From Malacoraja senta (lineage: Eukaryota), in assembly GCA_038087875.1 (NCBI GenBank), contig CM075988.1, positions 10,666,001 through 10,730,000 of the forward strand: a DNA stretch of 64,000 nucleotides. The letters are read 5' to 3'. Made by a program: the position numbers and the translations under genes. The notes beneath the pieces were generated by a model. The model was not told where the DNA came from and made no database searches. It saw only the letters and a program-made list of their open reading frames with translations. Shown one piece after another: positions 10,822 to 24,500 of this stretch (the stretch's first letter is position 1; the number at the start of each line of letters is the position of its first letter).

Positions 10822-11379
10822 TTTAGTTTGGTTTAGTTTTGCTTACAGATACATTGTGGAAATGGGTCCTTCAGCTCACCGAGTCTGCGCCGACCAATGA
10901 TCACCCTTACACACATTCTATGTTATCCCAGTATCACATCACACACAGTAGAAGCCAATTAACCTACAAGCCTGCTAGTCTTTGGTATGTGGGAGGAAGC
11001 CAGTGCACCCAGAGAAAACCCCAATGTGGTCACAGGGAGAACATGCAAACTCCCTACAGACGACACCCCTAGATAGGATCAAACCATGGTCTCTGCCACT
11101 TTAATGGGCCTGTCCCACTTATGTCATTTTTTGGGTGACTACAGGCGACTGCTGCAAAATTTTCAACATGTTGAACATTTTTCTGGGACAGTGTGACAAT
11201 TTTTGCTGTCGTAGGTTGACGTAGATGTTGTCGTATCTTGACGTAGGTGCTGTCGTAGGTTGTCACCAGGTATCGTAGATGCATTCCATTAAAACTAGTC
11301 CCTGGCAGTCGCCTAAAGAGTCGCCTAAGTGGGACAGGCCCATAAGGCAGCCACTCTACCGCTGCGCCACAAGGCCGCC
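10822..11379 (-). mobile_element. HE1-type V-SINE interrupted by a MITE
   Basis: SINE tail, V-domain and head are present; the head is split at its TAA. Confidence 0.8.
11105..11342. mobile_element. PIF/Harbinger-type MITE
   Basis: TIRs tgggcctgtcccactta / taagtgggacaggccca. TAA is duplicated (11102-11104, 11343-11345) where uninterrupted SINE copies have a single TAA. Confidence 0.9.
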
Positions 11380-11892
11380 CTTTTTTAGACAATCATAAAT
11401 GATTGTGCTTTTCAACAACTGATGGTGAAGAGTGAAATAAAATGATTGTTTGGGCTTTAGAATTTGGTTCTTGAAGAAAGCATCTGGTGGTCAGAATCTG
11501 AACTTTTCTGCACTGCATACTTACCAACTTCTTACCATGACTGGTACACAAAAATGCTGGAGAAACTCAGCGGGTGCAGCAGCATCTATGAAGCGAAGGA
11601 AATAGGCAACGTTTCGGGCCGAAACCCTTCTTCAGACTGATAGGGGGTGGGGAGAAGAATGACTGATTCAGTGTGCAATCGAGGCGCAAGACTAATGACA
11701 TTCTTGGTCTTTCTGTTGGAAATCTATCTGATGTTGCCACTTTGTGCATAGTGCTGCATGCAGCACTTTCGGGTGCGATGCTTGTTTCTGTAATCTCTTT
11801 GTTAGCTCTCGGCTAATGGAATTACTCGAGCAAAATCATTTCACTAAAATATAATAAAAATGTTTTGCAAATTTTGCCCTTGTGCATAAACT

Positions 11893-12102
11893 GCAACTGC
11901 AACTTTATTTATATAGCACATTTCATACACGAGGCAGACTCAAAGTGCTTCACATAAAAACATGTCATACAATAAAATGAAATAATAAAATGAAATAAAA
12001 TAGAAGAATTAAAAGAAAATAAAAGCAAAGTTAAAAATGCATTATAGAAAAGTGCAAAAGTTAAAAGTGCAATGTAGTTAAGATTTAGCTGAAAGCTAAA
12101 GT
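11893..12102 (-). mobile_element. L2-clade LINE 3' UTR fragment
   Basis: Reverse reads gtgaagcactttgagtctgcctcgtgtatgaaatgtgctatataaataaagttgcagttgca, a typical L2 stem-loop followed by AATAAA and a short-repeat tail. Confidence 0.65.
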
Positions 12103-15100
12103 AGTAAGCTTGATTTGAATAGCCTCTTTAAAACCTTAATACTAAGCACCGATAATAGAAACTTGCTTACGGTGTTTAATTCAATCTCGGGGCTTTGCCA
12201 ACTTTGTGGGCAGGCCAACTTCCAGTACAGTGCAAAATATTGCAGAAACCCAGTATGCAGAGACCAAGTTTGCACTTGAATCTCCTTGATCGTTTTTTTT
12301 GCTGCATTGTGCAACTTGATATGAACAGTGCTAGAGTTATCAGTGTAACCTAGCAGAAACTCTTAATCTATCATGTTCAGCAGTTCTGCAGTATGCAGAG
12401 GAATGGCATGGCTTTCCTTCCTTAAAGGTAGCAATGAGTCAGGTCAAATACGGAAAGCAGAATTCGCAAGTTCTTTTGGCTTAATAATCTCTAAACTATT
12501 TCTACGTCCCAAATCTTGATGCATTTAAGGAAAAATATGGTTGCAAATTAACGCAATGAGACACACTACAACGTAAGATGTGTTCCACTGTATTCTGGTA
12601 ATTGGAAAATAATGTCATAGTCATGCAGCTCGGAAACAGGCCCTTGAGCCCATCTTGCTCATGCCGTCAAGATGCTCTATCTACACTCATCACACCTGTT
12701 CGCATTTGTCCCATAACCATCTAGGAAATATTTTTAATAAAAATTTAATGCAAACGCACGTTTATTTAAAACATAGACACAAAATCCTGGTGAAACTCAG
12801 CGGGTCAGGCAACATCTCTGGAGAAAATGGATAGGTGACGTTTTAGCACTGAGGACGGGTCTTGACCTGAAATATCACCGATCCATTATCGCCAGAGATG
12901 TTGCCTGACCCGCAGAGTTACTTCAGCATTTTGTGTCTATTTTAGGAAATATTTTTGTTCTGCTGATCAAATGTTCCACACCAGTTTTTCCAGATGAGGA
13001 AATGAGCTTTCTCCCACTCAGTGACACAGTCCCAGACTATGCCAATACAATTTCTCAAGTCTTTGTCTTTGACCCTTCTGCTTCCTCTCTAACCCATGAT
13101 GGTAATCTCCTCCCATATATTCACGACATTATGTGAGGTAATGTCAAGTTATCCTGCCAATTTCAGCATCATTAATCAGTAGTGAAAGGGTAAAAGAAAG
13201 GAAATCTTTTCTATACAATCATCAGTTAGAATTTGATATCCACTGCCTAATAAGATTTTATTAGCTACTGGGAGAGGTTGGACAGGCAGATACGATAGTT
13301 ATATCTAGGAGGCATTTAGATAGGCACGTGGATTTGCAGAAAATGGAGGGATGTGGATCCCGTACAGGCATGAGAGATTAGTTGATCTTGGCACTGTGTT
13401 CAGCATAGACATTATGAGCCAAAGGGCCTGTCCCTGTGCTGTACTGATATATGTTCTATTGAAACAGATTTGGAGATTCAATGGTAGACACAAAATGCTG
13501 GAGTAACTCAGCGGGACAGGCAGCATCTCTAGAGAGAAGGAATGGGTGACGTTTCAGGTCGAGACTTCTTCAGAATCAAATGGGTGACGTTTCGAATCGA
13601 GACACTTCTTCAGACACTTTGGAGATTCAATAGTAGCTTTTGATAAAGGACCTTAAACTGAATAATGCCAATAGAAAAAAAGAAATACAGTGAAAGAGTC
13701 AGAGTACAGAAAAATTTGGATCAGTCTAAAATTAGACCAAGTGTCAGAAATTGTAAGTTCAGAAGTTTGTCTGAAATTCATTGAATCTAAAAGTTGGAAA
13801 CAGGGAATGGGGGGAAATCTATTCACATTCTAGAAGATAGGAAGAAGGATGAGAGCAAAAGTGTGGGAAATAGGTAAATAAGTAGAGGTATTGTCATCTA
13901 AGATGGAGGAAAATCTCAGGAGTGGGCTGAAGGAAGATATCCAAGGCACTGATATGAAAGTTGGCACCATGAGAATAGATGGAATAAATGCAGAGAAACT
14001 GGAAGCAGTCCTTAAAGGAAAGATAACAACAGGGAGTGTAATCAAACTAGCTTTCAGTATCCACAGGTTTGAGTTGGATACTGGTTGTTAACCTATAGAT
14101 ACTGGTCTCTCCTTTAAGTAAACTTTTTTTATGAGTAAATTGCCTTTAGTCTGTTTGCTGATAAACTCAATCTCTCTCAAACATTTGTTTTTGGTGCAGG
14201 CTTGTTAGTAAATCCTTAGTTTTGCTTACCAGTTCACATGCTTACCATTTAAACATCATTTATGCAAACAATAGAACCATGCTTAAATGTATCTTATTAT
14301 CAAAGGTTGATACATATTTTTTTACGGCAACAGGCATTGACTTCCATGAAATAGCATGTCTGCAACCAGCAGCCAACAGAGCAAACACTTGGAAGATTAG
14401 GCAGTGTCTGCAGAGAGAAAAACAGAGTTAACATGTAGGAAGGAACTGCAGATGCTGGATTAAACCGAAGATAGACACAAAAAGCTGGATTAACTCAGCA
14501 GGTCAGACAGCACCTCTGGAGAAATGGAATAGGTGACGTTTTGGGCCAAGAGTCGGAATGAGAGTCAGGGGAAAGGGAAACCAGAGATATCGATGATGAT
14601 GGAGAAAGATATAGAAAAAATGAATGATAAACAAAAAGGTCACAGAGGGGGTGCAGCGAGAGAGCATGTTGCAGAACTCTCACCGGAGAGAAGAGGAGAA
14701 CTTCTTCAAAGTAATTTCTGGCTAAAGACTCCACATCTTCGACCTGAAACATTGTCTGCTTTTCATTCCACACATGCTCCCTGAACTGTTGAATATTTCC
14801 AGATTGTGTGCCTTAATTTCAGATTTGCGATCTTTGCAGTTATTTTTTTATCCTCATTGATGAACAATACTTTCACATCTGTTCAGGGCTACATTAAAAA
14901 ATCAATGCATGGCAGGATTAACGATGAGACCATGTGGAGAACAGCAACTTTTGTGGGGATGAGCAAAATAAGCTGCAGGTATGAATGGAAAAATATTTAC
15001 TGTTAGTGTTTGCATAATAGCAACCCCTTCAAAAGGCATTTGGATAGGTACATTGATGGGAATGGTTTACGAGGGATATGGGTCAAGCACAAGAAATGCG

Positions 15101-16610
15101 ATGTTTGGATGGGCATATTGTTTGGCATGGACGTGTTGGGCCAAAGGGCCTGTTTCTCTACAGTGTGTTTCTCTTGGTTGATGTACACAATATTCTTTGG
15201 AGAACTCTTATCTTATGCTTGAGTCTATCAAGATGCTGCTCGAATGGACGCGCTTGACAGATAGCATCTACAGTCTTAGAAGTCCTATGTGCAGATGTTT
15301 TAGATTTGCTGATGCAAGGTCATCGACATAACACATCTGTTTCCCTCTCTGCAGATGTTGCCTGACTTGCTAAGTATTTCCAGTATTTACTATTCTTGCT
15401 TCGGTTCAGGTTTCCAGCACCCATTGAATGTGAGATTTCTAATTTGCTGCAAGGTTTGTAACATGGAATCATTGGAGTGAGAAACATTTTGCAAATCTGA
15501 TTTGGTTTATTAATAGAATCATTCTACTTACGTAACTTAAGTAGAATGATTGATTCAGTTCATTTGGTAACTGCTGCATAAATCAATTCACTGCCTTTTG
15601 GAGGATATATTTTGCTTTGTGCCTAGCAGGGAACATTATCACAGTGAAATACACCTTCAATGAAGGGAAACAGAAATTTGATCATATTTTTCAATAGGTA
15701 AATCTGTCTTGTATTTTGAAAGAAAACACTTAATTTCACAATTGTTTTATTTATTTTTAACCAGTTGAGAATGTGAGATCACATGAATCTTGCGAAGGTA
15801 CTTTGCAAGGATTGGTAAGTATTCAAATTTTTGCTTCTGCATGGGAAAGATCACAAAGCATTCAACATGATCAGTTATTACTCATCTGAAATCACTGTTA
15901 TTTGCAAGTTGGAAAGCATAATGGTTGAAGTTCTGGATCAAAACATCTTTTGCACAGAAATCTATGTTGCTGTCCCAATGCTGGCCTAAGGGAGTTCTGA
16001 CCAGATTGGACCAGAAAGGGTTTTCAATCTGAGATCCTGGCCACTCAGATTGATAGAAAACCTAACAGAACTATACAGCATGCAGACAGGTCCTTCAGCC
16101 CAACTTGTCCATGCCCTCTAATGCTCCATTAAAATATACTAGAGATTTATTACTGGTATTTAAAAAAAAACAAAGAAAGTGTTTAAGGAAAAATTTCTCT
16201 GATGATTAGATTCCACATAGGCTGTGCTTATTTTTGTAGACAGAAAGGTGTTGTCTACATATCGTTCCTTGCTTTGGTGTCTATGGCAAATTGTCATCCT
16301 CCAAGCTATTTAACGTCATGACCACCTAATTTAATTAATACATTTTATTTAATTAGAATTTTTAAACATTAGTAATCGTTTAGTAATATTAAAAATCAAA
16401 TTTCTTTTTATAGCTGCCTGGACACCATACCAGCGCATTCCATCACAAAAAGCATTGCATGTTGGTGCCTCTAAAATGTCTTCCAGATGAGCATAATTGA
16501 TCCTAACTATAACTCTAAAAGGCACAAAGGGCCAGAGTACCTCAGTGGGTCAAACGGCATCTCTGGAGACATGTAACGTTTCGAATCAGGACCCTTCTTC
16601 TTCATCGTTA

Positions 16611-17465
16611 TCTATATAATTAAAAGTCTCATCTTGACCACTTCCTGCCTGCACTGGAATATTAATGTTTAGAAAAAACGCTACCCTGTATCGCTGTGAT
16701 TTTTGGCCATCTTACGCACAGTCCTCCTCCGCTTAGCCAGCCCCGAGGATTTTTCCCATCGATGAAAAATAAAAAAGTTATGAGTGTTTTAAAAACGTTG
16801 AGATCAGCTGATTGGTCCTCTCGCCTGTCATTCACCGCGATGAAGGTAACGCCCCTTCCAGGGGGGGGGGGAGGACTATATAACCCCAGATGCCTGGACG
16901 TGAGTCAATCACTCTGTAAGATCACGAGGGAGAGGCCACGACTGTCATTCTAAGCTGTGAATCAACTGAACTGTGAGTCTGCAATGTATTTGCAATAAAT
17001 TATTTGTTAGCACTTAATGACAACACCATGAGTTGTTTGGCCTGCTGCCCTCCCTGTGCTTGTAAGTGCAATGCTTATTTGGAAATGAAATGAAATGACA
17101 ATGCCATGAGTTGTTTGGCCTGCTGCCCTGCCTGTGCTTGAAACTGCAATGCTTTCTTACGTCCGACTGTGTTTCGAAGGAATAAATGCTTTATTAGGTG
17201 CGACTGCGTTTGAAAGGGATAAATGCTTTATTAGGTTCCACTGTGTTTAGTCCAAAAGTCCTGCGTATTTCATGACTTCCGTTTAGTGGACAGGTCGCGC
17301 TGATTGCGTAATTTCCGGTGAGTGCAGAGGTCGCGCAGATTGCGTAATTTTCGGTAAGTGCAGAGGTCACGCTGATGCGGAAGTGCCACTGACTGCGGAA
17401 GCCCCACAGTGGAGAGGCCGCACTCAGCCGTGTGAGCAGATTCAAGAAAGTGTACTGTCATATAT
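16611..17465 (+). mobile_element. Probable non-autonomous Helitron with internal tandem repeats
   Basis: Starts A|TCTATATAATTAAAA (Helitron-type 5' TC) right after a broken Penelope repeat. Internal repeats of about 78, 37 and 36 bp. No clear 3' CTRR end. Confidence 0.5.
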
Positions 17466-17472
17466 ATCTATA

Positions 17473-18097
<625 letters not shown>

Positions 18098-18536
18098 CTC
18101 AGACCTGAAACATTTTTGCTGTCTTATGAAGTGTTTGTATTGAACGTATTCAGTTCTTTTCAGATTTTCAAAATTTACATTTTTAATGTTTCTATATTTG
18201 AATTCAGGTATCTGAGACCAGATTTATCACTGTAGTGGTTGTTGTAGATGCACTCTCATTTACTATGAGGTGGGTCCATTCCTGGAAGATATTTTGTTGA
18301 TGTGACATTTTGTGAATTGGAAAGCATAGATGAGAGAATTTGGAGCATTTTGATATCTAGAAGAATGCAATGTGCTGGAGTAACTCAATGGGTCAGGCAG
18401 CATCGCTGCAGAACATAGATTATCTGAACATTGCTGTTTGCGTGACCTGTTGTGCTAGCACCAGATTGTAGTTTGTGTTTTAAACATGGTGACATGAATT
18501 ACAATAAACAAAAATACATTGTTGGCTAAAGATAAG

Positions 18537-18656
18537 CGTGGCACGGCGGTAGAGTTGCTTCCTTACAGTGCCCACAGTGCCAGAGGCCCTTCAAATCGAA
18601 CTATAGGTGCTGTCTGTATGGAGTTTGTACAGTCTCCCTGTAACTGTCTGGGTTCT
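18537..18656 (+). mobile_element. HE1-type V-SINE head fragment
   Basis: gtggcacggcggtagagttgcttccttacagtgcc...ggtgctgtctgtatggagtttgtac. Confidence 0.7.
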
Positions 18657-18809
18657 GTTGACACAAAATATAATAAGTAATATTTACTCACAATTACCTT
18701 TTCTCCATTGGACCAGCCACCTCAATCAAATGAATTAGATCACTGTTTTGACTGTGTCTTGTTGGGTACATAGCTGAGGGCCAGGTATGAAGTGTATATG
18801 TGTCCTTGG

Positions 18810-19120
18810 TCATAAGAATATAAATGCTTGGAGCAGAATTAGGCCATTCGGCCCATCAAGTCTACTCCACCATTCAATCATGGTTGATCTATGTCTCACT
18901 CCTAACCCCATTCTCCCCTTAACCCCTGACATCAATACTAATCAAGAATCTATCTATCTCTGCCTTAAAAATATCCAGTGACTTGGCCTCCACAGCCTTC
19001 TAAAAGAACATACAGCCTTCTAAAAGAACATAAAGAATTCCACAGATTCACCATCCTCTGACTAAAGAAATTCCTCCTCATCTCCTTTCTAAAAGAACAT
19101 ACTTTAATTCTGAGGCTATG
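18810..19120 (-). mobile_element. CR1 3' fragment
   Basis: aggccattcggcccatcaagtct...gaattccacagattcacc, the reverse of VVNLWNS. Confidence 0.75.
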
Positions 19121-19400
19121 GACCTCATGCAAGTGATGCAATGGTCATGCAATGAAGTAGACAGAGAGGTATGGTGGTATCTGACCTTCAGTGCATCTCG
19201 GACTTCTGCATCGATCATGCCCGCACAGTAATCTAAGATCTCCTGAGGCAGAAATGGATAACTGCGGACAATACCTTTTGGAAATACTTGGCTCTGTCAG
19301 CAAAGTCAGTACATTGAAAAAGAAAGAAAGAGGGCGAGTTTAAAGGACAGAAGCAAGTTTATGGAGCACCTTGCACTACCCCAGGGCATCTTTTAAAGTA

Positions 19401-19889
19401 TAGTTTAGAGATACAGCGCAGAAGCAAACCCTTCAGCCCACCGAGACGGCACCGACTACAATCTCCACACATTAACACTATCCTACACACACTAGGGACA
19501 ATTGTACATTTATACCAAGTCAATTAACGTAATAGCCTGTGTGAGGTAACTGAAGATCTCGGAGAAAACCCATGCGGTTACAGGGAGAATGTACAATAGA
19601 CAATAGACAATAGGTGCAGGAGTAGGCTATTTGGCCCTTCGAGCCAGCACCGCCATTCAATGTGATCATGGCTGATCATCCCTAATCAGTACCACGTTCC
19701 TGCCTTCTCCCCATATCCCCTGACTCCGCTATTTTTAAGAGCCCTATCTAGCTCTCTCTTGAAAGCTCCATGCTCTCTTGAAAGCTCTCTTGAAAGTACA
19801 AACTCCATACGGACAGTACCCATAGTTAGAATCGAACCCGGGTCTCTGGCACTGTGGGCAACAAATCTACCTCTGCGGCACCGTGCTAC
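19401..19889 (-). mobile_element. HE1-type V-SINE interrupted by a CR1 3' fragment (19597-19795) with GTACAA TSD
   Basis: gtacaa at 19591-19596 and 19796-19801 flanks the (acaatag)n tail and CR1 3' UTR. Confidence 0.85.
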
Positions 19890-21519
19890 CCATTTTTTTA
19901 GCCAACACGGCATTTTTTAAAATTGTAATCCGTGTCACAATGTTTAAAACACAAATTACAATCTGATGCTAACACAACAGGTCGGGCAAACCGCAATGTT
20001 CAGATAATTTATTTTAGGATGTGGTTGGGAGATAAATATCAGGCAGAGCTCTGGAAAATATCAACCCACTTGTACAAATAGTGATACAGGTCTTTTATCA
20101 CTACCTGTAGGGGCTGTAATATTTAACACCGACAAACCAATTACAGTACACGGCAATATGCATGCACGGTTCATTGAGTTAGGCTGTTTCTGAAATAGTT
20201 CTACTATGAATTTGTTTACTCTGAATTTTATTTGCCGTGTTCTGATCGTCTTGCCACTGCCCCTGGAAATGTTGAAAAATCGCCGCATTTTCAGTCACCT
20301 TGTCAGAAAAAGGAAGATACATAGCCTTGAAGATCTTTTTGATCACACTTTCACTGCACTCCAAATACATTTTTGTTTCCTTTTACTGCCATTATCAGTT
20401 TAGTCAGTTTGTCCACTTGGGGAACGTTTGAACCCGTTTGACTAATCTGGCACTTGTACAAGGTTAGGATAAGGAGATCCCAGCTAGAGAACTACAACTG
20501 ACTTCACTGGGAAGCATCCAATTGTAGCAAAATCTGCCTTTTCTCTCTGATCTTGATACAAGGTTTATCTCTGATCGCTGAAGTGTCAAATTAAACCTCG
20601 GGCATTCCTTGAATGCAGGGGTGGAGGTGGGTGGGGCGAGAGTGTTGGAGAGAAATGTTCTCCCTATTTGATCAGCCACCTTTTAATCCATATTGACATC
20701 ATTCATGAAAGCAAGCAGAAAACAACAGGCCAACTGCATAATCTGCAGTGTTTGAGACTGAGTAACGTAGACATTTTCAGTAGGTGGCTGTGTTCATGAA
20801 GTTCAATGAGAAATGTTAAAAGTGACTAAAGGATATAATACTGAAAATCTTCTGAGGGAGGGAAGTGATCGTCATCGAGTTATAGAATCAAACAGTACAG
20901 AAAAAAGCCGTCAGCTCACAATGTTCATTCCGAAGAGCCTGTCCATTCTAATTTTATTTTCCAGCACTTGGTCTGTAGCCTTTGATGCTTTTGCATTCCA
21001 AGTGCTCATCCAGCTACGTCTTAAATATTGTGAGGGTGCCTGCCTCCACTATTCACTCAGGCAGGCTTAATGGTGAACCTCCACGAAAAAAGAGATCTGG
21101 TCTCAAATGGAGAACTGTGTTCAATTCTACGATACGACACGATACGATACAATAAAACTTTACTCATCCCCCGAGGGAAATTGACCTGCCGACAGCCACA
21201 ACACACAAGGTACACAAAAAGGACAAGCGACTATTGACTGGCTGCCGTGCGCACAGAGCCTAAATCGGAAAATCTGGCTTCTAATCTGGTCTCCTCGTCA
21301 TGGAATGAATGTCAATGACATTTTATTGTCACATGTACCTAGTGAAATGCTTTGCAGTGTATACAGTGTATACAGTGAAATGCTTTGTTTTGCATACAAC
21401 CCTGTAAAATCATGTAACAGACCTCACCTGGGCAGTAAACAAATATCGCCTTGTTTTGGGCGTTGACAATGTTACAAAAGTTCACCAAATATTCCTCGGT
21501 GAACTTTTGCAACTTTGTC

Positions 21520-24500
21520 GGATTTTCGAGTGAGTCCAGAAAAGATTTATGAGGATAATTCCTGAGTTGAGGGAGTTACAATTACAAGCTTAGGAGTAGC
21601 TGGAACTATTTTCTTTGGAGATGAGAAAGCAGGAGGGTATTCTGTTAGAAGTTTGTAAAATGATCGCAAGGCAGCTAGGGAATATCAGAGAATTGAATAG
21701 AGATGACTTGTAGCATATCCACATTACCAAAAGAGCAGGTACTGGCAGTTTTAAAGTACATAAAGATGGGTAAAATCCTCAGAGCCTGACCAAGTGTATC
21801 CTTGGTCATTGTGGGAAGATAGTGAAGAAATTGTTCGGGTTCTGACAGAGATATTAGCAGTGAATGAGGTACCGGAGGATTGGAGGGTGGTTAATGTTGT
21901 ACCTTTAAGAACGCTTGCAAAGAAAAATGAGGGAACTACAGGCCACTGAGTCGAACATTGGTGGTGGGATTGTTACTGGTGAGGATGCTGAGAGACAGGG
22001 TCTATCTGCATTTGAAAAGGCAAGGAATGATTGGGGATAGTCAGCATGACTTTGTGTATGAAAAATCATGTCTCATGCATTTGAATGAGTTTATTGAAGA
22101 GGCGATCAAGAGAGTTGAAGGCCAAGTGGTTGACATTCTTTACGAGGACTTTAGCAAGGCCTTTGACAAGGTTCCACATGATAAGTTGATCTAGAAAGTT
22201 AGATCATATGAGATCCAGGGTGAACTAGCCAATTGGATACAAAATTGAGTTGGATGATCAGCCATGATCATATTGAATGGCAGTGCAGGCTTGAAGGGCC
22301 GAATGGCCTACTCCTGCACCTATTTTCTATATTTTTATGTTTCTATGTTAACATTGGCTTAATGGTGGGAATCAGATGTTGGATGGTTGGGGGTTTTACA
22401 GATTAGATGCCTGTGACCAGGGATTTTCTGAGATTACTATTGTTCACAATAGATATGAACTATTTTGAGAATGTACTTTTAGACTTTATATGTAGCAGGG
22501 TTATTAAGTTTGCGGATTATACCAGAATTGGTGGCATTATGTGCAGTGAAGATTTTCTAAGATCACAATAGGATCAAGATTAACTGGAAAATTGTGCCAT
22601 GGCAATGGTACATGGAATTTAATTTGGACAAGCATGCAGTGTTGCATTTTGGAAGTTAAACCAGAGCAGGATATTGACAGTAAATGGCGGGGGCCTGGAA
22701 AATGTTGAAGAACAGGTAAACCCTACACTACACATATGTGTAGGAAGGAACTGCTGATGCTGGTTTAAACTGAAGATAGACACAAATGGCTGGAGTAACT
22801 CAGCAGGACAGGCAGCATCTATGGATAGAAGGAATGGGTGTTGTTTCGGGTCAAGATGCTTCTTCAGACTGCTTTTGTGTCTATCTATGCTACAAGTACA
22901 TAGTTCCCTGAAAGTGATGATCTGGGTGCACAGGGTGGTGAAGAAGGCATTTGGAATGCTTGCATTCTTCAGTCAAGGCATTGAGTACAAGATTTAGGAT
23001 GTCATATTACAACTGTCCAAGACATTGGTGAGACCACAATCGGAGAATTGTGCATTCTTCTGGTCACCAAGAACAATGTCAATAAGTTGGAAAATGTCCA
23101 GTCAAGTTTCACAGGGATGCTAATGGGACTGGAGGGCTCGATTTACAAGAAGAAACTTGATAGGCTGAGGCTTTTATTCCTGGAGTGTAGGAGACTGAAG
23201 ATAGATCTAATGGAGGTATATAACACCATGTAGAATCACAGTCTTTTCCGCTGGGCAGGGAGGTCCATAACGAGAGTGCATCAGTTTAAGGTGACTGGGG
23301 AAAGATTTAAAGGAGACCTGAGTGGTAAACTTTCACAAGGACGGTGGTGGATGTACAGTATGGAAAGAGCTAACAAAGGAAATGGCAGAGCTGGATACAA
23401 TTACTACAATTAAAAAGCATTTGGACAGGTATATTGATAGTAAGGTTTATAGGGATATGGATAAACACAAGTAAATGGGACTTGCTTGGTTGGGCAACAA
23501 GGTTGGATGAATGGGTTGGGCTGAAGAGCCTGTTTCTATGCTGTATAACCCTATGATTCTATAATGAGTGGTTTGGACAGAGTAAATAGTGGAAGTCCCT
23601 TCCAGTTGGTGACAATGTCATTGGTGAAAGGTCACAGGTGTAAAATAAAGGGGAAGAGAAATGAGAATGGCATGATGAAAAATAATTTACGCAGTGTGTG
23701 GTTGCAATCTGGAACACTGCCACAGATGTGATGGAGGCAGGTTTCATTGTGACCTTCATGAGGATTTTGGATAAATAGTTAATAAGTAACATGTTGCAAG
23801 GCTACAGAGATAGGGTCAGAAGATAAAATTAGTGAATTGCTCTGGTGGACACGGTGAGCTAAATGGCTTCCTTCTGTGTTGCCACCATTTCATGACTCTA
23901 TGATTTGCAGTTCCAAGGCGAGTAGGAACCAAACATAAAGTGCCCTCTGGTAGGCTGTATAACTGTATTGGTAGGCTGTATTAAGATGCACTGGATTCAC
24001 AGTGACTTGGTCATATGGATCAGAACTGGCTTACTGACAGAAGACAGAGGGTTGTGGTGGAAGGACAATATTCAGACTGTAGGTTTCTGACCAGTTGAGC
24101 TCTGCACGGACCTCTGCTGTTTGTGATTTCTATAAAGGACTTGGACATAAATGAAAATTTGTTGGTAAGTATGTTTGCAGATGATATCAAGATTGCTGGG
24201 GTCATGGACTGTGAGGAAGGCTCTCAAAATATTCAGCGGCATATAGATCAGCTATAGAAATGGGCAGAGAAATGGCAAATGGAGATTAATCTGAGCAAGT
24301 GGGAAAGTTGCAATTTGGGAGGTCAAATGTAAGGACAATTATACAATTAATAGATGACCCTTAACACCATTGATGAACAGAGGGATCTTGGGGTCCAAGT
24401 CCACAACTCCCTGAAAGTAGCAATGCAAGTAGAGTAGTAAAGAAGACATATAGTATGCATGCTTTCATAGGTCATAGGTCGGGGCATTGATATAAGAGTC

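Noticed and set aside
17025..17400. 36-37-bp repeats and the 28-bp array at 2016-2136 as a possible CRISPR array
   Set aside because: The units are adjacent tandem repeats without unique spacers, there are no cas genes, and the context is eukaryotic.
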